Assembly: GCF_028641065.1 (NCBI RefSeq)
Contig: NC_073396.1
Span: forward strand, 32,302,001 to 32,366,000
DNA: 64,000 nucleotides
Direction of reading: 5' to 3'
Source of the DNA: Leucoraja erinacea
Lineage: Eukaryota
In this document: piece by piece, positions 24,240 through 36,700 of the stretch
How positions within the stretch are numbered: the first letter of the stretch is position 1
How the letters are laid out: every line of letters starts with the position of its first letter
Notes under the pieces: model-generated
The model's input: only the letters and a program-made list of their open reading frames with translations
Told to the model about the DNA's origin: nothing
The model's database searches: none
Made by a program: the position numbers and the translations under genes

Positions 24240-24760
24240 AGTGGAAACAGGTGGGCGGAGTTCTGTATGGTGACGCCATCTTGCCAGGGGCGCAATGACG
24301 TCACCATTGCAAGGGCATGATGACGCCATGTTGTCAGGGGGTGTTTACGACGTATGTTGTTGCCAGGGCGCGATGGCGTCACGTTGCCTGCGTGCCGTCA
24401 TGCGTTAGCAGCGGCGCGGTGACGTCGACGCGCAGTCGCTGAAGCTGAGACCAGCGGCTAGGGCTCCGATCCCACAGGGGGCGGCAGGGGGCGGAGTTCG
24501 TATGGTGACGCCATCTTGCCCCCCGACGTCCCCGCATGATGACGCCCCGACGTATGTTGTTGCCAGGGCGCGATGGCGTCACGTTGACCCATGCGGCTGA
24601 CCACGCGCGCTCCAGCTCCAGCTCGTCCCACAGCTCGAGACCTCCGACGCTCGGCTCCGGCCAACGGGGCATCTCCGACATGACTCCGCCAGCAGAGAGA
24701 GGTCAGCGTTGGGCATGTTTACATCGTTGATATGGCGAGTCGGAGTGACTGACTGACCTC
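24240..24760 (+). promoter_or_regulatory. CpG-island promoter and 5' region of copy B
   Basis: Sharp CpG-rich island in CpG-depleted surroundings. Contains GGGCGG boxes, a full CRE TGACGTCA (24296-24303), repeated YY1-like CGCCATNTTG motifs and the ATG at 24680. Confidence 0.8.
24680..24701 (+). CDS. copy B exon 1 (MTPPAER)
   Basis: ATG inside CpG island; AG|GTCAGC donor; phase 1 joins exon 2 as GCC (Ala). Confidence 0.7.
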
Positions 24761-27700
24761 TTTCTGCTGTGTAAAGGGAATCTCAGTCAAGTGTGTGGTT
24801 GAGGAGCGTTGTTAATGCGACAGACATCGAATACCAAACACAAAGCTCGGTCTTCTGCTTTAACGGTAGTCGAAAAATACCCAGAATACGAGAATAAGAA
24901 AACTCGTAGATAGGCAAAAATGCTGGAGAAACTCAGCGGGTGCGACAGCATCTATGGAGCGAAGGAAATAGGCAACGTTTCGGGCCGAAAAAAAACTTGT
25001 CCAAGCTTTGTTTATGTCCTTTCCAAAAATAAGAAGCGCGAATATAATTCTCGGACTTTGATCATCTGAACCATAAACCCTGTGTTCTTTACCCTGCCAG
25101 GTGGAGGTCCAATGACTGAGTGTAATCTTTCTCCTAGTGTATGTGTGTGTGTCGTAAATCATAAAATCAATGTAGAATTACAAGAAATTATTTTGAACAT
25201 CGATGTATGAAGTCTGCTTGTACATAATCAGACGGGACGTTTCTCTATTATTTCAGCAATTCCAAACTTTCTGTCTTTTTCTAATCACCGTGTATCTGTC
25301 CACTAAAGATCAACCCACTCAGGGAAGCTCACATCTTCAGGCAAATACAACTTGCCATTTACCTATGGTTATGAAAATGTGTTGGGATTTAGATCCGATT
25401 TGTAGACGGGACGTGTTGCAGCAGGTTGGCAAAAATGGGAACTTGGAAGAATTTGAATGTTTTTGACATAGTTGGATAAGAAGCTGATGGATGTTGCTAA
25501 GAAGAGGAATATTATTAAAATGTTAAGTAAGAAAGTGTAGGGCTGATGATGTTTCCAAACAGTTAGTAAGAGATGAATTTCTGCAAAGCATTTGACAAGG
25601 TTCCACATGGTAGGCTGCTCTGGAATGTTAAATCACTTGGGATCCAAGGAGAAACAGCTGTTGAAAGGAACTGCAGATGCTGGTTTAAATTGAAGATAGA
25701 CACAATGCTGGAGTATCAGTGGGATAGGTGGTATCTCTGGCGAAAAGCAATTGTCGTTTCTGGTCGAGAGATAGGTGAATGGATAGAAAATTGGCTCAAT
25801 GGAAGGAAGCAGAGGGTGATGGTGGAAGGTTGCTTCTTGGACTAGAAGCCTGTATTTTTCACGGTTTGGTGCTGGGCCCATTGCTGTTTGTCATCTATAA
25901 CTATGATTTGGATGGATGAGAATGTATATGACAAGTGGATGGTGTTGCAAATAGTGAAGATGGCTGTGAAAAATTGCAACAGGATTATGATGGGTTAGCC
26001 AGGTGGGCTGAGGAATAGACAATAGGTGCAGGAGTAGGCCATTTGGCTCTTCGAGCCAGCACCAGAATGGTTGATGGTAATTAATACAGAGAAATATGAG
26101 GTTCCATTTTGGAAAATAACGTGGGCAAGACACATGCAGTGAATGGCAGGGCTCTGGGAAGTGCTGTCGAGCAGAGGGATCTAGGAGTATAGGTACATAG
26201 TTCCTTGAAGGTAGCATCACACGTAGATGCGGTGTGTTGTAAAAGGCTTTTGGCACATTGGCTTTCATCTGTCAATAGCATTGTATAGAAGTTGGAAGGC
26301 CATCTTTCAGTCATATAAGGCATTGGTGAGGCAACATTTAGAGTATTGTGTTCAGTTTTGGGCACCATGTTATAGGAAAGATGTCAAACTAGAAAGGGTG
26401 CGGAAAAGATTTACAAGGATGTTGCTAGGACTCTGCGCGATAGGGAGAGGTTGAACAGCCTGAGACTCTATTCCCTGGAGCACAGGAGGATGAGGGATGA
26501 TCTTATAGAGGTGTATAAAATCATGAGAGAATTAGACTGGGTGAATACACGGTCTATTGCCTAGAATGCGGGAAGCAAGTACCAGAGCATAGGTTTAAGG
26601 TGGAGGGGGAAAGATTTTATACAAATCTGAGGTCACTTATTCACACAAAGGGTGGTGGTTGTATGAAACAAGCTGCCAGAGGAGGTAGTTTAGGCTGGGA
26701 CTGGCACCGTGGGCAGAATGGTGGTACAGTAGTAGAGTTGCTACCTTGCAGCGCCGGAGACCCGGGATCAATCTTGACTATGAGTCTGTCCGTATTGGTG
26801 GAAGTGTGTCAGCTTTGATAACAATCAGCACGAGAGCACCTCAAGGCTGCGTGCTCAGCCCCCTGCTGTACTCGCTCTATATTCATGACTGCGTAGCCGG
26901 TCATAGTGCGATGCGTGTCATAGTGTGTGGGACGTATCACTGATGGAGATGAGTCAGAGTATAGAAGTGAGATCGACCGTTTGGCCAAATGGTGCCGGCA
27001 CAATAACCTGGCTCTCAACACCAGCACAACCAAGGAACTGATTGTGGGCTTTGGAAGGGGTAGTATGGGGATCCATAGTATTGTTTATATCAACGGGTCG
27101 ATGGTGGAGAGGGTCAAGAGCTTCAAATTCTTGGGCTATCACTGAAGATCTCTCCTGGTCCGAGAACATGGATGCAATTATAAAGAAAGCACATCAGCGC
27201 CTCTACTTCCTGAGAAGCTTACGGAGAGTCGGTATGTCAAGGGGGACTCTCTCAAACTTCTACAGGTGACCGGTTGCATTATGGCTTGGTTCAGCAACTT
27301 GAGCTCCCAGGAGCGTAAAAGACTGCAAGAAGTTGTAAACACTGCCCATTCCATCATTGGCTCTTGACATCCCCACCATCGAGGGGATCTATCGCAGTCG
27401 TTGCCTCAAAAAGGCTGCCAGCATCATCAAAGACCCATACCATCCTGGCCACTCACTCATCTCCCCGCTGCCTTCAGGTAGAAGGTACAGGAGCCTGAAA
27501 TCTGCAACATGCAGGTTCAGGAATAGCTTTTTCCCCACAGCCATCGGGCTATTAAACTCAACTCAAACAAACTCGGCAAGTATGACCTGTGTAGATGGGT
27601 CATGTTGGTTGGTGTGGGCAGGTTGGGCTGAAGGACCTGTTTTCATGCTGTGTGACTTTAGAATTGGGGAGACTTGCTTTTAAAAAAAAACAAACAAAAG

Positions 27701-30700
27701 ACACTACAAATGCTGGAAGAACATGGCAGATTGAGCAGCATTTGGGGAAACAAAATGTGCCAGTGGATGTCTATATTCAAGACAATGCATCAGTACAGGG
27801 AAGAGGTCTTGAGAGCAAATATCACCAACAATTTGTCCTAGACCACCTTTGCTCCCATTTGGATGAGAACATACAGGGCACGATTAGAAAGTTTGCTGAT
27901 GATACAATAGTTAGTGGTTTTGCTGATAGTGAAGATGGTTGTGAAAGATTGCAGCAGGATCTGAATCGATTGGCCAGGTGGGTGGAGGAATGGTTGATGG
28001 AATTTAATACAGAGAAGTGTGAGGTGTTGCATTTTGGGACGTCAAACAAGGGCAGGATCTACGCAGTAAATGGTAGGCTTCTTGGTAGTGTTGTAGAGCA
28101 GAGGGATCTAGGAGTACAGGTGTATGGTTCCATGAAGGTCGAGTCGCAGGTAGATAAGGTGGTCAAAAAGACTTTTGGCACTTTGGCATTTATCAGACGG
28201 AGTATGGAAGGTGGGATGTCATGTTACAGTTGTATAAGTTGTATAAGACGTGGTCCACCCTGTTTCAACGAATGCAATCAACCTGGCGTGCACAAACAAA
28301 AGATCAAACAGAACAAGTTGTCTTACAACTTTAGGCTGTACATGCCATACGCAAGAAGAAGAAGACGTTGGTGAGACCGCATTTAGAATATTGTATTCAG
28401 TTCTGGGCACCATGTTATAGGAAAGATATTGTCAAGCTTGAAATTGTTCAGAAAAGATTTAGGAGGTTGTTGCCAGGACTTGAGGGTGTGAGCTATGGGG
28501 AGAGGTTGAGTAGGCTGGGTCTCTATTCCATGGAGCGTAGGAGGATGAGAGGAGATCTTATAGAGGTATACAAAATCATGAGAGGAATAAATCGGGTAGA
28601 TGTACAAAGTCATTTACCCAGAGTAGGGGAATCGAGGTCCAGAGGACACAGGTTCAAGGTGAAGGGGAAAAGATTTAATAGGAATCCGAGGGGTAGCTTT
28701 TGCACACAGAGGGTGGTGGGTATATTGAACAAGCTGCCAGAGGAGGTAGTTGAGGCTGGGACAATCCCATTGTTTAAGAAACGGTTGGACAGGTACATGG
28801 ATAGGACAGGTTTGGAGGGTTATGGACCAAGCGCAGGCAAGTGGGACTAGGGTAGATGGGGCATTGTTGGCCGGTGTGGGCGAGTTGGGCCGAAGGGCCT
28901 TTTTCCACGCTGTATCACTCTGACTCTATGCCTCTTTGTGAAACTAATTACTCCAGTGCACATTTCCATCTAACAGCATGCCTCATGACTATCCCCAGCA
29001 ACATTTAATAAAGAGGAAATGCTGGGAGAACTCAGCTAGTTAAGCAGCATTTGCGGAACGAGAGACCAGTTAATGTTCAGACCAGGGCCCTCAGAACCGT
29101 GGGAAGAATGGAGAGTTGTCAGATTGAAAGCAATGGGGGTACGATTAAGGTGTAGAACAATGGTTTAATCTGAAGATTGGTTGGATGGGACAGGCAATAA
29201 AGAGTATGAATACTGATCTGGAGACACTTTATAAATACAGATGAGAAAGGAACATAAGCATGGTTATGAGAAACAACAAGGGCAATTTACTTGAAATTGG
29301 AAAATTCAATGATCATTGCAGAAGATTGCACAGTGCCCAATGGCAGGTAAAATTGCCAGTTCTTCCAGCATTTTGTTCAAAGGTCTGTTTATTGTCACTG
29401 TGCCAATTAAGGTACTGTGAAAATATTTTTGTTCAGATTCTAGTATCTGAATATTTTGTTGTTTACCAAGTAATATGTTTATTTTTTGTATAATTGTCAG
29501 ATAATTATTAATATTTGTGTTTTATTGTTTCTTTGTGTTTTCCATCCCCCTCTCTCCTTTTAGCCTATTACAGGTTCCTGTTACTATTTTTCAACTGCCT
29601 GATGACTTTTGGTTCCTATTTCTGCTTTGACATTCCCAGTGTGCTTCAGGAGCAGTTCCAGGGGGTGAGTACTGGATTGTCCATAGGATAAACGTGTTTC
29701 CGAGTTGGCCCCGAGGTAATGCAAATCATTCGCTATGTTAGAACCTGTCTCTCTTTCCAAGGAACACCTTGTATTGCATTATTTCTGTTGTATTTTGGAC
29801 ATTCGCAGCATGCTTGACCAACATGTAGCCATTAGAGAAAAGAGTCCTACAACACAGCTTACAACACAGCCAAAGTCCCCTTGGCTCAGTAAGTCACAGT
29901 GCCCGTCAAACACCAACCTATTTTTGTCATACATTAATTCAATTTTATATTTCTCACAGCTATTCCTTTATTCCTTGAAGCACAGGAGGTGATCTTATAC
30001 AGGTGTGCAAAATTATGAAAGAAACAGATTCGATGAATGCACAGAGTAGGGGAATCAAGAACCAGAGGACACAGGTTTAAGGTGGGGAGGAAAAGATTTA
30101 ATGGGAACCTGAGGATAACATTTTTGACACAGCTTTAAAACATAGAACAGTGGTGTAGAAAGCAACTGTGAATGCTAATTTATACCGAAGATTGACAGAA
30201 AATGCAGGAGTAACTCAGGGGTTAGGCAGCATCTCTGGAGAAAAAGAATGGGTGACGTTTCATATAACAGTATAGCACAGGATAAGGCCGTTTAGTCCAT
30301 GATGTACGTGCTAAACATGATGTCAACTTAAAGTATTACCTTCTGTCTGCGCATGATCCATATCCTTAATTTCCTACATATACTTGTGTCGCTCCAATAG
30401 CCTCTTAAATGCCACATTTACGTCTGCCGCCACCACCACTCTTGACAGTAGGTTCCAGGCGCTTGCCACTGAAGCGCATGTATTAAAGTAAAATGTCACA
30501 AAGAAAATAATATCCCTAGTATCAAAGCACTTCTTTCTGCCTCTCCCATCTGTAATTTAAGGGTTAAACAGAATGTCAGCTCAAATAGAGTTGTCAGCTA
30601 AATTAACAGCACCACTGGTCAACCTGTGCTAGGAAAATAATTAGATGTTTTGGAAGAATGCTTAGGCTAACTTAGAAGGACCAGTAAGTAATGAAGCCAC

Positions 30701-33700
30701 CTGCAAGGTCACTACCTCGCCGTCTGATATGACAAATAACTCTTAACGTTGCCACAAAGGAGGACAGCTAGTTTTAAAACATAGTTATTATAAACATAGA
30801 CCTGTTATTGTTAGATTAGGGTAGAAACACAGGTTTATTTGATTATATATGTGCATGCTTCAACGGAGCTGTTGCAGTCTTCACCTGTGGAGAGAGAGAG
30901 AGAAGGAGCTTTCCTTTGGAGAGGGGGAGAGAGCTTGGACTTTGGTGAGTGCTGGTGTCAGGACATTCGGGGTCTCCGGGCCTGCTGTGGCAGACAGGAG
31001 ACTCGGATGTGCAGAGGGGTGAGAGAGGTTGATTTATTATTACTTTTCCTGTAATAAACACTGTTGTTTGCACTCTTCTAAATGTTCCTTCTCCAGTCAT
31101 TTATCCAAATCTCTAAAATCTGCTAAAACTTTGTAACACTACCCAGGTCAATCTGTTTATCTTTTGGCCCTTTGAGGAGCTTCTCAAAATTTCAGTTATT
31201 TCTTTGAGTTTGTGAAAGTTACATCTGATGTCATGTGAATGAAGACAATTCCACTGGGGATAGTAGATCCTGACTAGATACACAGTATGGCTATGAAATG
31301 TATCCGATAAATTATGTTCAATGCTGCATCCTCTGTCTGACACTGTTGTGGCCTGTTCCCTTCCAGAATCTCACTTGTCTTAATTCTAACGTAACTAATG
31401 GGACAACAGATTGTGTGGAGGGACTGGGAATGACCCCGCAGCAGTACAACCTTCTCTATGCTATCTATGCGTGGACGTAAGTATCATATTTAAGAAAATG
31501 TGCACTTTCACATTGTCCTCAGCATTTTGTATCTTTCCTGAGGCATCAAGCTATGTAATGAATTACAGTACAGTAGTCAATTCCAACCACCCCCTTTCCA
31601 AAATGTTAGTACATTTATCCGTTTATCATCAGTAACATCAAACCATTGGGACATAGTATATCTTGATAATTCCACCCAACCCAGCTGGGTTTTGTATTAT
31701 AGCCATGTTCATGAAATTTCTTGTAACTCTCCAACCACTATCTAGCATTTGAACTGGCTGCACAACTCTTCTCTACATTTTGCTTGCGTTTGGCTTGATT
31801 TTGTTAATTTTAGTATTATCTGATTTGATTTGATATGCAAAAATGTACCTCATCAAACGTGACAATAATAACAACTTAAACCAAAATCTAATGCTATTTC
31901 TACTCTAGGCCATCACCTGCACTACCATGGACTTGTTGCTAATTTATTTGTTTTTACACTAATGTTTTGTTTTGCTGTCTGCAACTTTCCCTGTCTGTGT
32001 ATAATTTATGTTATGTGTGTTGTTTGAGTCTGTCCCCATGATGCTATGGCAAGTACGATCTTCATTGTACCTGTACCTCTGTGGACAAGTGACACAACTT
32101 GAGACACAAGGAATTGCAGATGCTAGAATCTTGAGTAAAAACATAAACATAGAAAATAGGTGCAGGAGTAGGCCATTCGGCCCTTCGAGCCAGCATCGCC
32201 ATTCAATATGATCATGGCTGATCATCCAAAATCAGTACTCCGTTCTTGCTTTCTCCCCTTATCCCTTGATTCCGTTAGTCCTAATAGCTGTATCTGACTC
32301 TCTCTTGAATACATCCAGTGAATTGGCCCCCACTGCCTTCTGTGGCGGAGAATTCCACAGATTCAAAAAAGATTTCCCTAAATGACCTACTCCTTATTGT
32401 TACGCTGTGACCTTTGGTTCTGGACGTGCTGGGGGAACTCAGCAGTCAGTCAGCTGCTGTGGAGGGGATGGATAGATACCATTTTGGGTTGGGACCCTTA
32501 TTCTGACTGATTATATTAGGGAGGAGAAGTCTGGGGGTTAAAAGGTGGGGGTTGGACAAAGCCTGCAAGTAATAGATGGATACAGATGTAGGGGCTTTGA
32601 TTGGCAGATGGGTGGATAAAGACTAGAGATGAAACAAATATAAAAAGAGGCATGAAATGTAAAACTAGAGGGAGGGATATAGGTGAAGGGAATGGGGGAG
32701 GGTGGAAATGGGGGCAGGTGGAGGGATGAAACCTAAAACTGGAGAATTCAATGTTCATTCTGTTGGGTTGTATGCTACCCAAGCTCAATACAAGGTGTTG
32801 TTCCTCCAGTTTGCCTGTGATCTCACTCTGGCAACGAAAGAGGCCCAGGACAGACAGATTGTTATGTCAATGGGAAGCAAAGTTAAAATGGTTAGCAATT
32901 GGGAGAACCAGCAAGCCTTTGTGGACCAAGAGCAAGTGCGTGGTGAAACAGTCGCCAAGTCTATGCTTGGTCTCACTGACGTAAGGGAGGACATATCAAG
33001 AACACCGAATGCAGCAGATGCAGTTAGAGGGGGTGCATGTGAACTTCTCTCTCTGCTGGATTGGTTGATGGGGTGTCTGGATGGACGTGAGGAGTAGATG
33101 TAGAGTAGTTAAATTTCCTGTGGTTGGACTCAGACTGTAGAGACATGTTGTCCCCACTTTGTTTTGCATCTGTTTGTGGTAATTTACATTCTGCCTCAAT
33201 GTGGTGCTCCTAACATGCTTTTATATTAATCAAAAAATGGTGTTTAAAAAAAAAAAAAAAAATTTGTTAAAAGATACAGGGAATTAAAAAAGGTCCATTT
33301 GACTATGTTTGCTGCTACCCTGATGTGGGCAGCTTTGAAGCTTTTGTGGATGGAGGGAATAATTAAAAAGGTCCATGGGGGGGGGGCTGCTTCCCTGGGG
33401 GGGCATGGGTGTGGATGGAGTGAATTGTGGGGGGGGTTTGGGTTGTGTGATGGACTTTACTACATCCACAAAACTCTGAAACGGTGAATCTGTCGAAGTT
33501 GGTAAAAGATGCTGGAGACATGCAGACTTTCTTAGTTTTCTGAGGAAGTAGATTCGTTGGTGTGTTCTCTTGGCCGTTCCTTAATGTTTAGTCCAGGACA
33601 GATTGTTGGTGAGAATTATGCTGATTAACTTGAAGCTCTCAACCATCTCCACTGTTGCATTGTTACTGCTGAATGGGGCATGTACACCACCTCACATCCT

Positions 33701-36700
33701 GAAGTCAATAATTAGCTCCTTCATGTTGCTAACATTGAGGGAGAAGTTGTTGTCTTGATATCCTGTCACTACGCTCGGAGTTTTCTTGTACTACATTTTG
33801 TCATTGTTTGAGACCACTATAGTGGTATCACCTACAAACCTGTAAATGAAATTGGAGCAGAATTTGGCTGCACAGTTATGAGTGCATAGGAAGTATAATT
33901 AGGGTGTGAGAACGCATTCTTGTAGGGGTACGGTGTGGAGAGTTATCATGGAGGTTGCTTTGTTGCGTAACTTCACTGATTGTGGGTCAAGATCCTGCTG
34001 CAGAGAGGGATGCTGACTCCTAGATCCAGGCAATCACAGCAGAGACACCAGCTCAATGTTTTGTTGTCACTTTTCACTTTAAACGCACTGTTTTCTACCC
34101 TGATCTCACACCCTTTACACATAAATAACCTGGGACTATATGGTCTTATTGGTTTTTTTTCAACTGAGAAAGCTTTCTTGATTGGAGAAGAATGTCTTTT
34201 CTAAAACCATTACTCTATTCAATTTAGTCCCAGGCTCAGCTTTCATTGAATAAGAGTTCCTGGTTTGGTTAGTTGATTCCAATCATAAACTTGAGAATGA
34301 TATCTAGATTTTTAGCACAAAGCCTCTCTACATTTACATGGGTTATATAACATAGCAGATACCACAAAGATGGCAAAGATGCAAATTGCTGTCCGCAGTT
34401 CAGCTGGGTGGAGGCGAGAGGGAGTGGAAGTTCATTTACAAACCAAATGCTTTGAAAGGTACAACACCCTTGGGTCTTTTAAGTTTTGTTCCTTATTTGC
34501 ATTTTCTCTCCTGCAGAAATGCTGTGGTGGTGATACTGGCTGGTTTCTTCATAGACAAGTTGGGAAATCGCGGTGAGTCTGAGGAGCGGTATGATCTATG
34601 ACAAGGTGGGCCCAGCCCATGAATCAAGTCTAATTCTGCACTTTCCACATTGCTTAGGATTTCCATTGGGAAATCCTCTTCTCTGCAGAACAGCAGGTCT
34701 ACAGCCCGTAGTTAACTGTGTAGAGAGAGAGAAAATGCAGGAGTCTGGAATAAAAAACAATGTTGAAAGGACTTAGTAGGTCTTCTTTGGAGGCAATAGG
34801 GCTAAGTAGATATTTTGGGTGGAGATCCTGCATCAAGACTAATGTAGAATATCAACCTGAAATGTTGACTAATTGCTCTTCCCACTACCCCCCCGGATGC
34901 TGCTTGACGTTCTGATTTTTTTCCAGCATTTTGTTTTTAAAAAGGAAGAAAATTCAGCCTTAGTTTTTGTTCACACGAAGACCATGCCAAAATTATTTGG
35001 ATGGGTTTGCGGAATTGTGAGTTTGCTGTGTGCACTTCAGCAGCTGAAGCATTTGGATACCTTGTTATTTCCCATAAGTATAATACTTCCTATGACTGGC
35101 ATGAGTCAGGATGCCTCGTACATTTAGGCCATTCACATCTTTCAAACTGGCACAGTTTGGTTAAACGGTGTGTAGCATTGATTTTTGATCAGATAATCAA
35201 TGCATATTTGGCAAAACAAAGACATTTACCAATCTTCCTTAGTATGATGACCATCTTCTCTGCACTCAGTCCAGTTTAACAACATACTTCTTATAGCACG
35301 GTGACCAAAATTGAACTCAATAATCCAAATGCAGCCTCGCCAACTTCTTGTACAACTGTAAGAGAACATCCCAACTTATATACTCAATACACTGACTGAT
35401 GAAGAGCAATGTACCAAAAGCTTTCTTGACCACCCTATCTACCTGTGATGGAGCTTTCAAGGAACTGTGCACCTGTACTTCTAGATCCCTCTGCTCTACA
35501 ACAGTCCCCAGGTCCCTATCATTCTCTGTGAAGGTCCTGCCCTGGTTTCCAAAATGCAACACCCCATACTTATCTACATTAAACTCCATTAACCATTCTT
35601 CAGCCCACTTGCCCAACCGATCAACATCCTGCTGTAATGTTTTATAACCATCCTCATTATCGAGGATACCACCCACTTTAGTGTCATCTGCAATCTTACT
35701 AATCATGCCATGTACATTCTCATCCAAATCGATGGTATAAATCACCAACAGCAATGATCCCTGAGGCACAACACAAGTCATGGAGTCGTACAGCGTGGAA
35801 ACGTGCCCTTTGGCCCAACTTTCCTACCCCGACCAACATGTCCCATCTACACAAGTCCTACCTGCCTGCGTTTGGCCCATATCCCACTAAACCTGCCCTA
35901 GCTATGTACCTATAGTCTTATAATCGAACAAAAGTAATTAACAAAGCACATGGTTGGACTTTGGGCACCATCTGCAAAAACTCCTTAAGTGGTAACCTGG
36001 GATTGTGCTGTGACTTTAATCTTTGAGTTCACTGTTGTCCACGGACTTTAGTATTATCTGATGTCCTTGATGCCAAGCATAGTCAAATGCTGCCTCGGTG
36101 TCAAGGGCAGTAATTCTCACCTCATTTCTGGAATTCAGGATTTTGGTTCATCGATTCATAGAGCCAACATGGAACTAGGCCCTTCCACCTAACTAGACCA
36201 TGCTGACCAAATTGCTTAGCTGAGCTAGTCCTATCTTCACATTGGGCCAAGGATGGGTGAAATTCTGGACTCTTCCGATTCAGCTGAAAACAAAATTGAT
36301 ATCAATTTTTTGAGGACTATGGTGTCACTTGAAAGTACTGTTGGCAATGCCAACCATCAGTTTGCCGATGATTGAGAATAAACCTGTAGGGTGATGTTTA
36401 GACAGATCGAGTAGGTTCTGCATTTTATTGACAATACTCGCCTGAGCAATTTTCCGCATTGTGTGTTAAATGTCAGTGCTGTAATTACCAGAATAATTAT
36501 GATAGAAGCACTAAGTTCTGGAGGGCAAGTTGTTGGTACTATAATTGGGATGATATCTGATCCTATTGCCTTTCCATCAGAATAGGCTGAGAGTACTGGA
36601 TACAGAAGAGTATTTGGCAGGACTAGCTTCTGTGATGATACTATTCTCAGGGGGAAGATGGTCACCTTGATTTTGGCACACACATGCTCTCATCATAAAG

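Noticed and set aside
24578-24588. CLEAR/TFEB element in the promoter of a lysosomal gene
   Set aside because: The sequence is GTCACGTTGAC, lacking an intact CACGTG E-box; not supportable.
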